Assembly (NCBI RefSeq): GCF_006345805.1
Contig: NC_043012.1
Location: 5,270,001-5,334,000 of the forward strand
Direction: 5' to 3'
DNA: 64,000 nt
Origin: Octopus sinensis
Taxonomy: Eukaryota
Shown: piece after piece, positions 1 through 13,152 of the stretch
Layout: each line of letters opens with the position of its first letter
Numbering within the stretch: the stretch's first letter is position 1
Notes under the pieces: generated by a model
Told to the model about the DNA's origin: nothing
Databases searched by the model: none
Seen by the model: the letters and a program-made list of their open reading frames with translations, nothing else
Made by a program: the position numbers and the translations under genes

Positions 1-781
1 GAAAGAAAGAATAAAGGAAGGAACGAACGAACGAACGAACGAATATGCTTAATGTTGTCATGATCGTCCATTGGTAATCAATGAAGACTTCAACCATCCT
101 ATGATTTCAACCATGCCACCACCATCGAGGAACCAGAGCATCACAACTGCTCCCTCGTTTACCACGCTAACTGCGTGGCTGAAGCATGGCAACCACAAAC
201 TATCGCATCCTGACTACCGCCATGAAAGTTTTACTCTCTATTACTCGAAATGTTTCTGCCATCATTCGTGAAATGAGCACCAGTGCTGGCTATACACCAC
301 TTCATCGAGGGACCCAGTCACGTGGAGGGTGGTAGTGAGCTACACTCGGAATTTAGTTCTAATGTGACTCTAGAATGTACATTAACTTCCCTTCCTGACT
401 AGCGCTACTACCGTCCGAGTCTGGTTATCGAAACTCTGTGGCGATCCAAATACGCCAATGATTATCAACTTGTGACAACGTTACACGTGGCTTTCCTCGT
501 ATTTGTTTTATTTAATACTTTTTTTCATTTTGTTTGCTTAACAGTCCATCATGTCAAAGAAGACCTAGAGAATGCTGAAGGGAGATAACAGAAGTTTTAA
601 TGGGGACCGGGAACTGCAATGTTATTTTTCATCTGCTAAAGATAAGATGATTTGCTTGCTTTGTGATACTGCGACATCAACATAGAAGAAATTCAATGCT
701 CATCAGTATTATGCCACTCATTAGGACCACAAATATTTCAAATTAAAAGGACAGGTGCAAAAGGTTGCTTTACAGAAATTA

Positions 782-2065
782 TTAGGTTGTCAAGGAAGTT
801 CTCGCGTAATTATTAATTTTGGTTTTAAATGATGTATTTTCAAATTAATTTTCATTAAATTACTTTAACTCTATATATAATTTGAAAGCCCGTTTTTCGC
901 TCTATCTAACTGTGTTATCCTTTTTCTTTTTTGACTGATTAGTTCATTTTTTCCGGAACGTTGAATACAACATGGACAAAAAGCAAATTCTCAAAATTTT
1001 CTTATTCCAGTTCAAGCTAGGCCGAAAAGCTGCTGAAACAGCTCATGATATCAACGATGCGTTTGGATCAGGAACCACTAATGAACGTACAGCACAATGG
1101 TGGTTCAATAAATTTCATAGCGGTGACGAGAATCTTGAAGATAATAAGCGTAGTGGTCGGCCATCGGATGTTGACAACGATCAACTAAGAGCCTTAGTCG
1201 AAGCCAATCCACGCACAACTGTTCGAGAGCTTGCTTCTGAATTAGACGTAACGTTACGACGATTTCCAACCACTTGAAAGAGATGGGAAAAACAAAAATA
1301 CTTGAGAAATGGGTGCCGCACGAATTGAGCGACAACCAAAAAAAAAACACCGTTTTGAAGTGTAGTCTTCCCTTCTTTTACGCAACAAGACCCGTTTTTC
1401 GGCCGGATTGTGACTTGCAATGAAAAGTGAATTCTTTCCGACAATCAATGACACTCAGCTCAGTGACTCGACGCCGACGAAGCTCCACGGCACTTTCCGA
1501 AGCCAAAGTTGCACCAAAAGAAGGTCATGGTGACTGTTTGGTGGTCTGCGGCCGGTCTCATCTATCACAGCTTATTGGATCCAGGCGGAACGATTACGGC
1601 GGAGAAATATTGTCAGCAAATGGATGAAATGCATAAGAAACTCCAACAACAACAGCCAGTATTGGTCAATAGAAAAGGACCAATTCTTCTCCACGACAAC
1701 GCTCGGCCGCACGTCGCACAACTGACCCTGCAGAAGTTGAACGAAGTGGGCTACGAAACTCTGTCTCATCCGCCATACTCACCAGGCCTCTCACCTACCG
1801 ACTACCACTTTTTCAAGCATCTCGACAACTTCCTGCGTAAGAAATGCTTCAAAAACCAAGACGATGGCAAAAACGCCTTCAACGACTTCATGACCACCAG
1901 AATGCAGGATTTTTACGCTACTGGCATAAATAAACTTGTTTCGCGTTGACAAAAGTGTGTTGATTCTGATGGTGTTTCTTTCGATTAATAAAGTTTTGTT
2001 TGAGCCGAGATATGTGCATCTGAATTTAAAGGTTAAAAACCGCAAGAACTTTCTTGACAACCTAA
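782..2065 (+). mobile_element. Full-length (1284 bp) mariner transposon, Hsmar1/cecropia-like, inactive
   Basis: TIRs ttaggttgtcaaggaagttctcgcg (782-) and cgcaagaactttcttgacaacctaa (-2065), with TA target duplications at 780-781 and 2066-2067. Encloses a disrupted transposase. Confidence 0.95.
972..1988 (+). pseudogene. Mariner DD34D transposase, disrupted by frameshifts and stops
   Basis: MDKKQILKIFLFQFKLGRKAAETA..., WVPHEL (~1310), HQKKVMVTVWWS, LLHDNARPH, HPPYSPGLSPTDYHFFKHLDN. Premature TGA at 1947-1949 is followed in frame by QKCVDSDGVSFD* ending at 1988. Confidence 0.95.
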
Positions 2066-3474
2066 TAAAGCATGAAAAGCAAACACAAAGACATATATTT
2101 AAAGTAGTAGTAAGACCTGGAAATAATGCCACTGAAGCAACTTATGAAAAGGATAGCCATTCAGGCGATGTGGGAATCGTAAAAGAATTTTTGTCGATGC
2201 TTAGACCCCGATAAGTTTCAAAGTAAAAAACAACTGCCTCTTTCAAGGAGAACCATAACTGGTCGGCAGCATGAATTAGCAGAACAACACAATTCATTTA
2301 ATCGCATTAGCTGAATTAACTGGTGCTACAGATTCAGCGCAGGTTTTGTATTTCATACAAGAGAAGATTTTATTTGCTCCGAAAAGAGATCTTGGCTTTG
2401 GGCACTCTTACGTGCAGAACACGAAGAATAGATACACTCCGAAACGTCTAAGATAAATGTCGTGAAGTTGGACTGAATTTTATTAATTTAGTGAGCGTAT
2501 GTACAGACGGTGAATCGTCCATGACAGGAAAACGTGAAGGGTTTATGGCATGGATAAAAAAAGTATTATTAGAATCAGATGCTCTCATTTCTTTTCAGTG
2601 TATTTTACATCAGTAAAATCTCTGTTAAATCTACTACTTTAAGTGGCACGATACGTATTGTTAACTATATTCGTTCAAATGCAACATGGCATCGCCAGTT
2701 TCGTAACATGCTAAAGTCAGGCGATGAAGTATTCAGTGTGAATTTGCCGTATCGTTCTAAAATCTGTTGGCTATTGCAGGGAGAGGTTTTAGCAAAATTT
2801 TACCTTTGCGAAAACAGGTAATTAAATTTCGTGTAAACATTTTCTCAGGTTAGCAAAGGTGATTGATCAACAAGAAAATTCATACAAATCGTTTGAAGAA
2901 TGCGTAGCTGTTGTAGACATTTTTATGGGAGAATACAATGAAAGATTCACTGAGTTTTAGAATCGTGACATCACGCTCAGATTTGCATTTCAAACTTTCT
3001 TAGTTGATGTCTCCAAGGCTTCTACAGAATTACAGATGGAATTGATTGAACTCTCAGAAGATGACATTTTAAAATCCTTATCTGATACTGACAAAGATCT
3101 GATTCATGCAACAGAATGCTCATGCCTCCGGCACGAAAACTGTTTTACTGCTTTTCAACCACTTATTGTTGTGAATCTGCATTTTACTACCTAACCAAAA
3201 TCAAGACGCCCTTAAAGTTACCAAAGACGGACACCCGTAGGGAGGCTCAACTGAAACTGCAGACCTTCATGTTGCAACCAAACATTCCAATGCTTTCCTA
3301 CAAAAAGTACTCAAAGTCGTTAAAAGGTTGGTAAAATTTAGAATTAACAATATTTTTTCATTTATTTTAAGTTAATTAGTACATAGTAGTTAGATTTTTA
3401 CAAAATAATGTAGGTTTTGAAGAATATCTACTTGGTGTTCCTTGAATGCGGCCATATTAGCTTACAAATAAATC

Positions 3475-3690
3475 AATCCTTTCTACTATAGGCACAAGGC
3501 CTGAAATTTTGAGGGAGAGGATCAGCCGATTACATCGATCCCAGTGCGTAACTAGAACTTAATTTATCGACCCCGAAAGGATGAAAGGCAAAGTCGACAT
3601 CGGCGGAATTTGAACTCAGAACGTAATGACGGGTGAAATACCGCTAAGTATTTCGTCCAGCGTGCTAACGATTCTGCCAGCTCGCCGCCT
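3475..3690 (-). mobile_element. tRNA-derived SINE, family A (ggcggcgagctggcagaa head)
   Basis: Reverse-complemented head with A-box (tggcagaatcgtt) and B-box (gttcaaattc) and core cctttcatcctttcggggtcgataaa. An 11-bp TSD cttacaaataa lies at 3461-3471 and 3693-3703. Confidence 0.9.
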
Positions 3691-3933
3691 TTCTTACAAA
3701 TAAGTTAATGCGGCCTTCCAACGTGAAATCGTTCCCCCACCTCTTCCCTGGCTTCTCTAGATTGTCAGGTAGGCATTTATAATGAAAAACTACGTGCGCT
3801 AATTATTATTGTCAATTGACAGTCTGAGTATAGAAGCTAAAAGTTTATTTATCCCCACCTCTCTTCTCTCTCTTTATCTTTCTCCTCCTATCTCTCTCTT
3901 CTCTCTCTCTCTCTCTCTCACTCTCTCTCTCTC

Positions 3934-3977
<44 letters not shown>

Positions 3978-4068
3978 TTTCGAAGTGATATTCACATCAG
4001 CATGGTAGCCGACCTCTATGATGGTACATACATATTCTTGTCTGTCTATCTGTCTATCTTTATGTAAG

Positions 4069-4099
<31 letters not shown>

Positions 4100-4278
4100 T
4101 ATATATGAATGGATGGATGGGCGGATATGTATGTACAAGTGCAAGCAGGTACACATGTACCAAGTGAGTACTTGGCAATTATAAGTTCATAAATACTCAC
4201 ACACACCCTTACAGAGATACACATATGTATACAAACGCATATACGATCCCGTTTATAAGCATTATACATGCACTCACA

Positions 4279-4330
<52 letters not shown>

Positions 4331-4334
<4 letters not shown>

Positions 4335-4448
4335 CCTGCTCGCTTAGCCAGCGGGGTGGCGTCATTCAATGGCTAAAACAATGCGAACGCATTGTGACCA
4401 GCGATGTGTAACAACGTCTGATGGTCTTGTCGTCACGTGATCACGTGA
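4331..4448 (-). mobile_element. ~117-bp repeat with a tandem CACGTG terminus, embedded in (TA)n
   Basis: High-identity reverse complement of 15825-15941; both copies are flanked by TA-rich repeats on both sides. Confidence 0.8.
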
Positions 4449-6059
4449 TATATAATATATATATTATATATACACATATATAAAGGCACACACACATACT
4501 CACACATACATACGCTCACACACACGCACGCATATCTATATCAAAATATATTTTGGGTTGAACAAACACCTTGAAATTCTGTTAATCATTTCTATGTCCA
4601 ACCATCCGGAATATCTCCAAGTTAATCTGCTTAATTTAAGAAGGGAGCATATTACCTGAATTTTCAACCACACACACACACACACACGAGAACGGTGAAT
4701 CGGATTGTAAACGACAAAACCGGGACAGCACCAAAAAAAAAGAACCTGCAGTAATTTTATTTACGTTCTTCTCCATCCAGAGTTCAGATGTAGTGTAGAG
4801 ATTGATCTTTCTTTAATGCTTGTTGAAGCACAAATATAACCCCACAATCACGTGATTAAATCGGTTTAAAAGATCCCCAACCTTACCAGGGGGAATTGTT
4901 CACTTGATTCAAGTTAGCTTGCAACTATTTGTGCGCTGGTAAAATAAAGGACCTAGTCAACCGGCGGCCTATTTTTTTTTTGCTGTTTCTAAACTTTCGC
5001 CAGTATAATTGCTGTTGTTGTTGTAGTTGTTGTTGTTGTTGTTCCTGCTGCTGCTGCTGTTTTGCTATTTTGTAGTTGCAGTTCAGTATGATTGAACAGA
5101 CAGATCTATGGTATATAAGCGGTTAGTTGAATGACTAAATGCAATCAATCCCTAGAGACATTAGTTCCGATATGCGGTACGTTCGTATGATTAAAAACCT
5201 TAATAAATACCTAGACAAGTGTCAGAGACCTATCGTAAGATTTGTCGTAATAGTTAGAACATGTAACATTCTCTCCATTGTCCACATTTCGCTCTGCACT
5301 CCTAGGTCCTGGTGACGAAACAGTAACAATAGTCAAAATGAAGTCAATCTGAACACAACTTCTGTTCACATACATTTATCTCAGGTGATGTGTGTCCCAA
5401 TACTCAGGAAACTAAGGAGATCGTTGATGATCGAGTTGCTGCTATTTTGATATTTGTATGAAGGGAAATAGCAGTAGTATTCTTAGGCTGGTGTTGTAAT
5501 AGCGTCCATCGTTGTTGTGTACGGGACTAAGATAACTTTGGATCGATCACATCCATTGGAGTGAAATCGAACAGGCGACAACAGTGAGGAAACCGTTTGG
5601 AAAGATCGTTCAAATTATTGGGTATCTGAAATCATTATCTGGCGTTGTGCGTCTTAAGTAGATGTATATTGCTAGGATTCGAACCGAATCTCTAATTTCA
5701 TCTCGAAAAAGATCAAATGTACTGCTCTCCCACCTCTGACTAAGCGATACAAGATGTTTGCTTTAAATTGACTATTGAAAAAGATATCAAACTAGAAACA
5801 AATATTATCATTTCGTATAATCTGTTCTGAATAAACATAGTCAGACATTAAAATATCAATAAAATTTTTAACCGCCTTTTGATATCAACCGTTTCTTTAA
5901 TATAATGGCTTCAGTGAAGTTAAACCATTACAAGTGACAATGCTATAAACTTTTTGGGGTATGTATGTATGTATGTATGTATGTATGTATGTATGTATGT
6001 ATGTATGTATGTATGTATGCGTGTATGTATGTATGTGTGTATGTATGTACATACTTTTA

Positions 6060-6360
6060 GGTCCCTTTAAATAAAACCCTTGATTCATTAGCACTGTGTA
6101 CAAACTTTATACTTGGAATGACCAATTTTAAATACTATTGGATTTTACTCATAAGGTGTTGGAATCTTATATGTATACCATTCTACCTAAATAATGGATC
6201 TACAAATGCAATATCCCTGCATATCTCACATCTATTTTCATTCCTCCACTTCACTCTCTATTTCGTATCTTATCTAAATTAACTATTACTTAACCATTTT
6301 CTCACACTGTCTCCGATGAAGGGATATAATAAATATCCTGGAAACAGCTGTAAGACCTTC
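6060..6360 (+). mobile_element. Penelope-like element 3' remnant (GIY-YIG C-terminus plus pseudo-LTR start)
   Basis: Degenerate translation ...TNFKILLDFTHKVLES.(fs)YVYHS.YLNNGSTNAISLHI resembles the PLE endonuclease C-terminal ILESLYI...P.LN motif, and a hammerhead-like motif follows. Confidence 0.5.
6309..6356 (+). ncRNA. Type I minimal hammerhead-ribozyme-like motif (U4C variant)
   Basis: gtct-CCGATGA-[a g ggatat aataa atatcc t g]-GAAA-cagctg-TA-agac: 4-bp stem I, 6-bp stem II plus a GU pair, palindromic stem III, GUA triplet. Confidence 0.6.
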
Positions 6361-7040
6361 TATTTATAAATGTTCGAAAGGTTTCGCTTTCGCTAATCAT
6401 GACATTGCAATTATTGTAATTTCGTATTTTCTTAAGAAAATGTTAGTCCATGTTAGTCCATATTGTGTATGGGTGTTTGTAAATGAATGAATCGACAAGT
6501 AAAATATTTAAGGGTAGGTAATTAGTGATCGTTATTATTTGGGACTGGGGAGGTAATAGCTCATTTTTAGGGAGGGGAAAATAAATATAAAAACTCAAAA
6601 GCTAAAGTAATATTTACAGTGATGGGTATGTGAACATAAATTAAAATATATACAGATACCAAAGTTGGTTATGCGTTCATATTTAGGTATGTTCTGTATT
6701 TTTCGATAAATAAATTTTCTTTATACGTTCTTGTACAGAAATTATTTCTTTGCACTGATAGATGGGGGAACTGTGCTCATCCCTATATGTGTTCGTACAA
6801 AGGAATCTGTCTGTACTGTGGGAAATGGGCCTGTTCCTTATATAGTGTGGTTCTCCGTCTCAGCGCCATACTTGTCTGTCTTATATAGTTATGTCCACAA
6901 CATGAACAAGTTATGATAAATTAGATTCTCGGAAGCAAAGGTGAAGTTGATTTTAATTGTAAAACTCTCTCCTTGTTTAAATAGGAATTCCGAGCCTTCC
7001 AGCAGGTTGGAGCATGTTCCACAGTTATATTATATACGTA

Positions 7041-7090
<50 letters not shown>

Positions 7091-7276
7091 TATATATATA
7101 TCAGAACAACTTAACCCCTATTTACACACATATCTGTATTAATAATGCTCTGTTGTACCAGAATATTAAACTGTTTATTTTATGTATCTAGTTACATTTC
7201 TATCTACATGTATGTTCTAGTTACATATTCTATGTACATGTATGTATGTATATATGTATGTGCAAACACACACACG

Positions 7277-7350
<74 letters not shown>

Positions 7351-7352
<2 letters not shown>

Positions 7353-7506
7353 AGACACATGGCCTAGTGGCTAGAGCAGCAATGTGTGTGTTTATGAGCG
7401 AAACACCTAAGCTCCATGCGGCTCTGGCAGAAGGTAATGGCGAACTTCTGCTGACTCTTTCGCCATAACTTTCTCTCACTCTTTCCTCCTGTATCTTGCA
7501 GCTTAC
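7351..7506 (+). mobile_element. Internally deleted tRNA-derived SINE (family C/E)
   Basis: Head ggagacacatggcctagtggctagagcagc and body gagcgaaacacctaagctccatgcggctc...ctttctctcactct match the element at 63275-63648. Confidence 0.7.
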
Positions 7507-7996
7507 CATATATATATATAAACGAGGAAAAAAGAGGCATCCAGAATTTTGGCTAAAGTTTACTCTTCTTCTAAACAAAACAAAAAGCAGCCATAAAAGA
7601 ACAGGCAAAAAAACTAAATAAAATAACAAGGAAACGCTCTGTATTTCTCGTTTTTATCATTCTGATTTTAATTCTCATCTTAAAGAGTTTGTTTAGACGA
7701 ACGGAATCGTTGATAATAAAGAATTATATAATAAATAACCATCCAAAAGTCTGACTGCCTCCTTTTTCCTCGATATACAGTATCTGTATACCAACTTCAA
7801 ACATTCTATACATATATATATATAATATATATATATATTATATATATATATATATATATTTATACATATATATATATATATATATATACGTGTATATATG
7901 TATATATATATATATATATATACATATCTATATATACATATACTGTGTATGTGTGTGTGTGTGTCTGTATAATACACACACACCACACACACACAG

Positions 7997-8078
<82 letters not shown>

Positions 8079-8105
8079 TTTATATTTACACACACCTATA
8101 CACCT

Positions 8106-8241
8106 AATATAAAAAGCAGATTGCAAATTTCTCACCAAAACTGAGATTTATAATTGTCATTAAATTTGACACCCTAGTCACATTTAGTGACAATCATAAA
8201 TCTCCTTTTTGGTGAAAGATTGCAAACTGCTGTTTATATTA
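8106..8241. repeat. ~135-bp imperfect palindrome (MITE-like foldback)
   Basis: aatataaaaagcagattgcaaatttctcaccaaaactgagatttataattgtcattaaat pairs with atttagtgacaatcataaatctcctttttggtgaaagattgcaaactgctgtttatatt around a short loop. Confidence 0.75.
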
Positions 8242-8280
8242 ATTTTATGTATACACATTAGCAAGTCACTAAATCAACAA

Positions 8281-8333
8281 TTAATTTAGATGACAAATTG
8301 ATTTAGATGACAAATTGATGTAAATGACAAATT
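8281..8333 (+). repeat. 17-bp tandem repeat (atttagatgacaaattg), about 3 copies
   Basis: Directly visible; the unit resembles the arm of the adjacent palindrome. Confidence 0.8.
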
Positions 8334-10639
8334 TTACGATCTTCATCTTGCTTCTGCCCTATGAACGCCTAAGAAACTTACATAAACAAATTCATTTTCA
8401 CAAATTAAAAGCTTCATTTGTAAGTAATTCGCCTGTTTTAGTGGATGATTGGAATAAAGTAATAAACAACACGTGAGTGTTACTTCGTGTTTCAAGTATT
8501 CGCAATCAACAAGAGCGTTGTGAAAGTAATATATTTTAAATTATTTGTAGTCAAGGCGTGTATTCTATTTTAATATGCTCTATATTAATTTATCACGATT
8601 CATTAGTTGTTCTGTATTTCCCTATCAATTACATCATTGTATCCAGTTTTGCTTAAGTTGTATACTTGTTATCGATTTTCATTGGCTGATTCATTGCGTT
8701 GTTTGTGGATTACGTCATCATATCCGTTTCTTTGATAGAATTTTCATTTACTTTATAAATTGTATTTTTTTTATTATAACTGATGTCACTAAAGATGGTT
8801 TAATAAAACTCGGTGAATCGGTGTTGCCTATCATAAGTGATGTATTTATATCATCCTTTTCTGCAGATTACATTTTGATTGCTTTGCTTTGATTCGTTGG
8901 TGTTATCTTTATCAAAACATCATAACTATTTCCGCCGTTATCTCGTTGTTGTATAACTTCTGTTTGCAGTTACAATAAGTATTTTAGTGCATTTATTATG
9001 ATATCCGCAATGCGACATCATCATAGTCCTTCTCTTGAACAATCGTATTTCTGTGATCGAGTAGAGGAAGCATGTTTCGATAATATTTATTCATGGGCAT
9101 CGTTATCTATTATCATTCAGTACATATTAAAGTTATATTATTGTCCCACATGAATTTCGATAGCGACGTTTCTGTCATCCTGCAAATAGTGCAAAAATGA
9201 GAGTACATCATTTCTATATCATACTTGAACGCTTCGATTGTTTCTCTGCTGCAATTTTTCCGTGTGTAAGCTGTGATATATTTCCTCTGCTGTAATATAT
9301 TTTTGTAGCTAGGCAATGTAAGAGATTATTTATAGTTTGAACGACGTACATTTCGGTTTCGGGCACAACAGTAGCAAACTTTTTCAACAGAAAAATCTTG
9401 TAATATCTATGGTCGGTTTGTAAGTGCTTTTTGCGATTTTTGAGCTAATAGATAAGTTGAAGCAGATGATATCGCTACAGATGCTCTACGATTTATGCCT
9501 TGGTCGTATGGGCATGGATTTTTCTTTGAGCCCACTCGTTTTGCGGGATTATTAAAGTAGAGTGCTGCTTCACCGAATACTGTTTCGTCACATGATATTC
9601 TAGATACTCTACAGCTTGTGTTGCTGATAAAGTTCTTCGTTAAAGAATGCGGGTGGGTGGAATTTCCAGTTTATAAGCACTTTGAGTTTTCCATGCGGGT
9701 AATATTTTATATTTCTTTATTCTGGAAGGATAATTTGTATGCACATACAAACACACCCACACACACCCACACACATATACGCACTCATACATACACATAC
9801 ACACACATATGTATATAGGTACACATCACGTGTATTATATATATATACTCACAAATGAACCCACGTACAAACACTTAAACACATAAATATGGATATACAC
9901 GTCTGCATATATGTATGCATATACGCATGGTATGTATGTATATACATGTATTTATATAAAGATACATGTATGTACGCATCTATGTGCATGTGATGTGTGC
10001 GAATGTGTGTGTGTGAGCGAGTGTGTGTGTGTGTGAGCGAGTGTGTGTGTGTGTGTGCGTGTGTGTGTGCGTGTGTGTAAATTATAGATTTATGATGCCT
10101 ATGTATCCAATTAAAGAAATCTAGCTCTCTCCGAACTTTTCCAGATGGATCATTGCCAAGATTGTATTTGTTTAGATTTATTACGTTTTTTCTTTCTTTA
10201 ATAAAGAAAATCTTTTTATTAAACACGGAAGTTTCGTAGAATTATATTTGTTTTCTTTTCTGATTGTTAGCTTGTTTATTTATTTTGTTTTGTTTTTCAT
10301 TTTTGTTGAGATTTTGGGGGAGGCTTTTTTTCTTTTTTTTTTGCTTTTTTCTACTCTTCTTTTTGTTCTCGTTTTCTTTTTCTTTCTTCATTTCCTTTTC
10401 CCCTTGTTAGAATAAATGTCAACAAATGTAAATCTTGGCTTCAGTTTCAATTCATAAGGATAATTAGTGGAAAGATTTCTCTGTGAGTATAAGGGGGTGG
10501 GAAACAGAAAAGGAGAGAGATAGAATAACAGAAAGAGAGGGAGAGAGAAAGAGACTTAGACATATACACATACATGCATATATACATAGATGTACACATA
10601 TGTGTAAATGTACATATTTATATATGCATGTATGCATTT

Positions 10640-10860
<221 letters not shown>

Positions 10861-11026
10861 TTTGTATGCATGCATATATTCTCACACTAACGTAAGTACA
10901 CATAGATGTAAGTTTTTAATATATTATATATATATATATATATATGCATGTATATTTATATTGATACATAGATATACATACACATATATATACATATATT
11001 TATTATATACACATAGACACTCACAC

Positions 11027-11096
<70 letters not shown>

Positions 11097-11643
11097 GGGA
11101 GAGAGAGAAAGGGGGAGTGAATGTGATCGATAGATATATGTTACTTTTTGTACATTTGTAAGGATGAGAGATTAAGTGAAAGAAAGGGACCTTTTGTGAT
11201 ATGTGTGCTTGGTTTTACGGCCTTTTCCTTTTTTGTTCGTAGTAGAGATGCTCGTTAGTACCAAAACCAGTCAAGCGATCCAACCGTGACTATCTCATAT
11301 GTTGTATTGTTGTTATGAAGGTATAGTAAACCTAGCACTATTTTAAGGCAAATATGGCCTTCTTTATTTTAAGATGGCATGAAGAGATGGGATAGGTATT
11401 TGGTTGTTACTTTTAGCAGAACCAGTAAACACATAGTTGTTATCTCGTTCGCTGGTGCTGATGGAGATGTTGCAGTTGTTAGCGTTGTTGTTGTTGTTGC
11501 TCGTATTATTTCCACTCTCCTCAATACGACCAATTTCGTTATATCATTTCAGACACACACACATACACACACACACATATATACACACACACACACATAC
11601 ACATACACGCGCACACACATAGACGCATATTCCCACGTACATG

Positions 11644-11677
<34 letters not shown>

Positions 11678-12717
11678 TGTATGTATGTATTATGTATGTA
11701 TGTATGTGTGTGTATGTTTGTATGTATGGTATGTATGTATGTATGTATGTATGTATGTATGTATGTATGTATGAAAAAATGTGTGTGTGCATGAATGTAT
11801 GTTTCTGTGTGCTCATATGTACATACGTGTGCATATACATATATATATTGCTGTAAAATATGTGTGTTTGTATATATGCATACATACATAGATACATACA
11901 TACATAGATACATACATACATACATACATACACGCACACACACACGCATGCATACATACACACACATACAGACATATTAATATATATTCAAATATGGACA
12001 TATATATATCATAAATAATTATGTATCTATGTATCTATGTATTCATACATGCATGTATGTATGTATATGTTATGTACGTATGTATGTATGTGTGTGTGTG
12101 TGTCACTTCTATATTCTTTGGTACGTTGTCTGTAAGAATCTTTGACTAACGTAATAAACTTTGAAACGAAAGAAACACAAGCAAAAGAAACAGACTAAGT
12201 AAGAGATTTAGAAAGAAATTATCATGCACACACACACACACACACACAAGAATCAGTCATAACCAAAAGAAAAAAATTCCCAAAAGGTATATTAATTGAA
12301 AGAAAACCGCATAAAATATCAGACAGTATCTGATGTAAAAGGTAAAATATAGAATATAAAAATGTTGAAATCAGTTTTAAAAAGGCGAGCTTGGCGAAAA
12401 GAAGAAAATAATATATATTTTTTATGTTATTTTATTTATTTTGTTTATTTAACTATTTTATTCGGCATTCCGTAAACAATAGCGTTGCTGGTTACGGGTT
12501 ACATAACAGACCAATCATTGGTTCATGGAATTTATGGTACCGAAATTTGAGAAGGGGATCTCTGTATGACTCGCTGTAGAACAAGTATCACATGGGACTT
12601 CGTTGCAAAAATACCAAGTTTTCAGCGTTCGCATCATTGTTTTCCCCCATGTCCGGCCTGGTACACGACAACAGGAAAATGAAACAATGCATATCTTATT
12701 TGTATATATTATTAGTC

Positions 12718-12766
<49 letters not shown>

Positions 12767-12892
12767 GTAGGTAGGTAGGTAGGTAGGTAGGTAGGTAGGT
12801 AGGTAGGTAGGTAGTGTAGGTAGGTAGGTAGGTAGATGGATAGACTGGGATGAAAATATCAAATATGTTCTTCATATTCCTAATGTTAATAA

Positions 12893-12998
12893 ACAAGGTG
12901 ACGTGCTGGCACAATCGTTAGCACGCCTGACGTTCTGAGTTCAAATAAAGCTGAAATAGACTTTAACTTTCATCACTTTCGGGGTGGGTAAAACAGTC
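12893..12998 (+). mobile_element. Degenerate, internally deleted family A SINE
   Basis: gctggcacaatcgttagcacgcc...gttctgagttcaaat...ctttcatcactttcgggg. Confidence 0.7.
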
Positions 12999-13107
12999 AT
13001 TGATCTCGAAAAAGTGTAAGCAAGCAATAATAAATCTCTATTCGTCACTGGAAAAAGGATATATGTATTTGCATTGGGACCCCATCGCATCGAAGACCGG
13101 TGATTGT

Positions 13108-13152
13108 CGTGCGCTGATGACGGGTAAATACTCAAAAACCCGGGTCCATGCG
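13108..13152 (+). ncRNA. Decayed type I hammerhead-like motif
   Basis: cgtgcg-CTGATGA-cgggtaaatactca-AAAA-cccggg-TC-catgcg: G12 changed to A, palindromic stem III with a GUC triplet, stem I consistent with CpG decay. Confidence 0.5.

Larger units (their letters stand above)
551..3334 (+). pseudogene. Degraded hAT (Buster/SPIN/GTF2IRD2-like) transposase, split by a mariner insertion at 780-2067
   Basis: ATG at 551 gives MSKKT*RMLKGDNRSFNGDRELQCYFSSAKDKMICLLCD...KFNAHQYYATH (C2H2/BED-like N-terminus). The frame resumes after the mariner as KHEKQTQRHIF...ATEATYE...GIVKEFL. Later motifs are CTDGESSMTGKREGF (~2501), IVNYIRSNATWHRQF (~2650), KICWLLQGEVL (cf. VRWLSRGKVL) and FSTTYCCESAF (hATC dimerisation, ~3150). 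Many stops and frameshifts. TIRs not found. Confidence 0.8.
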
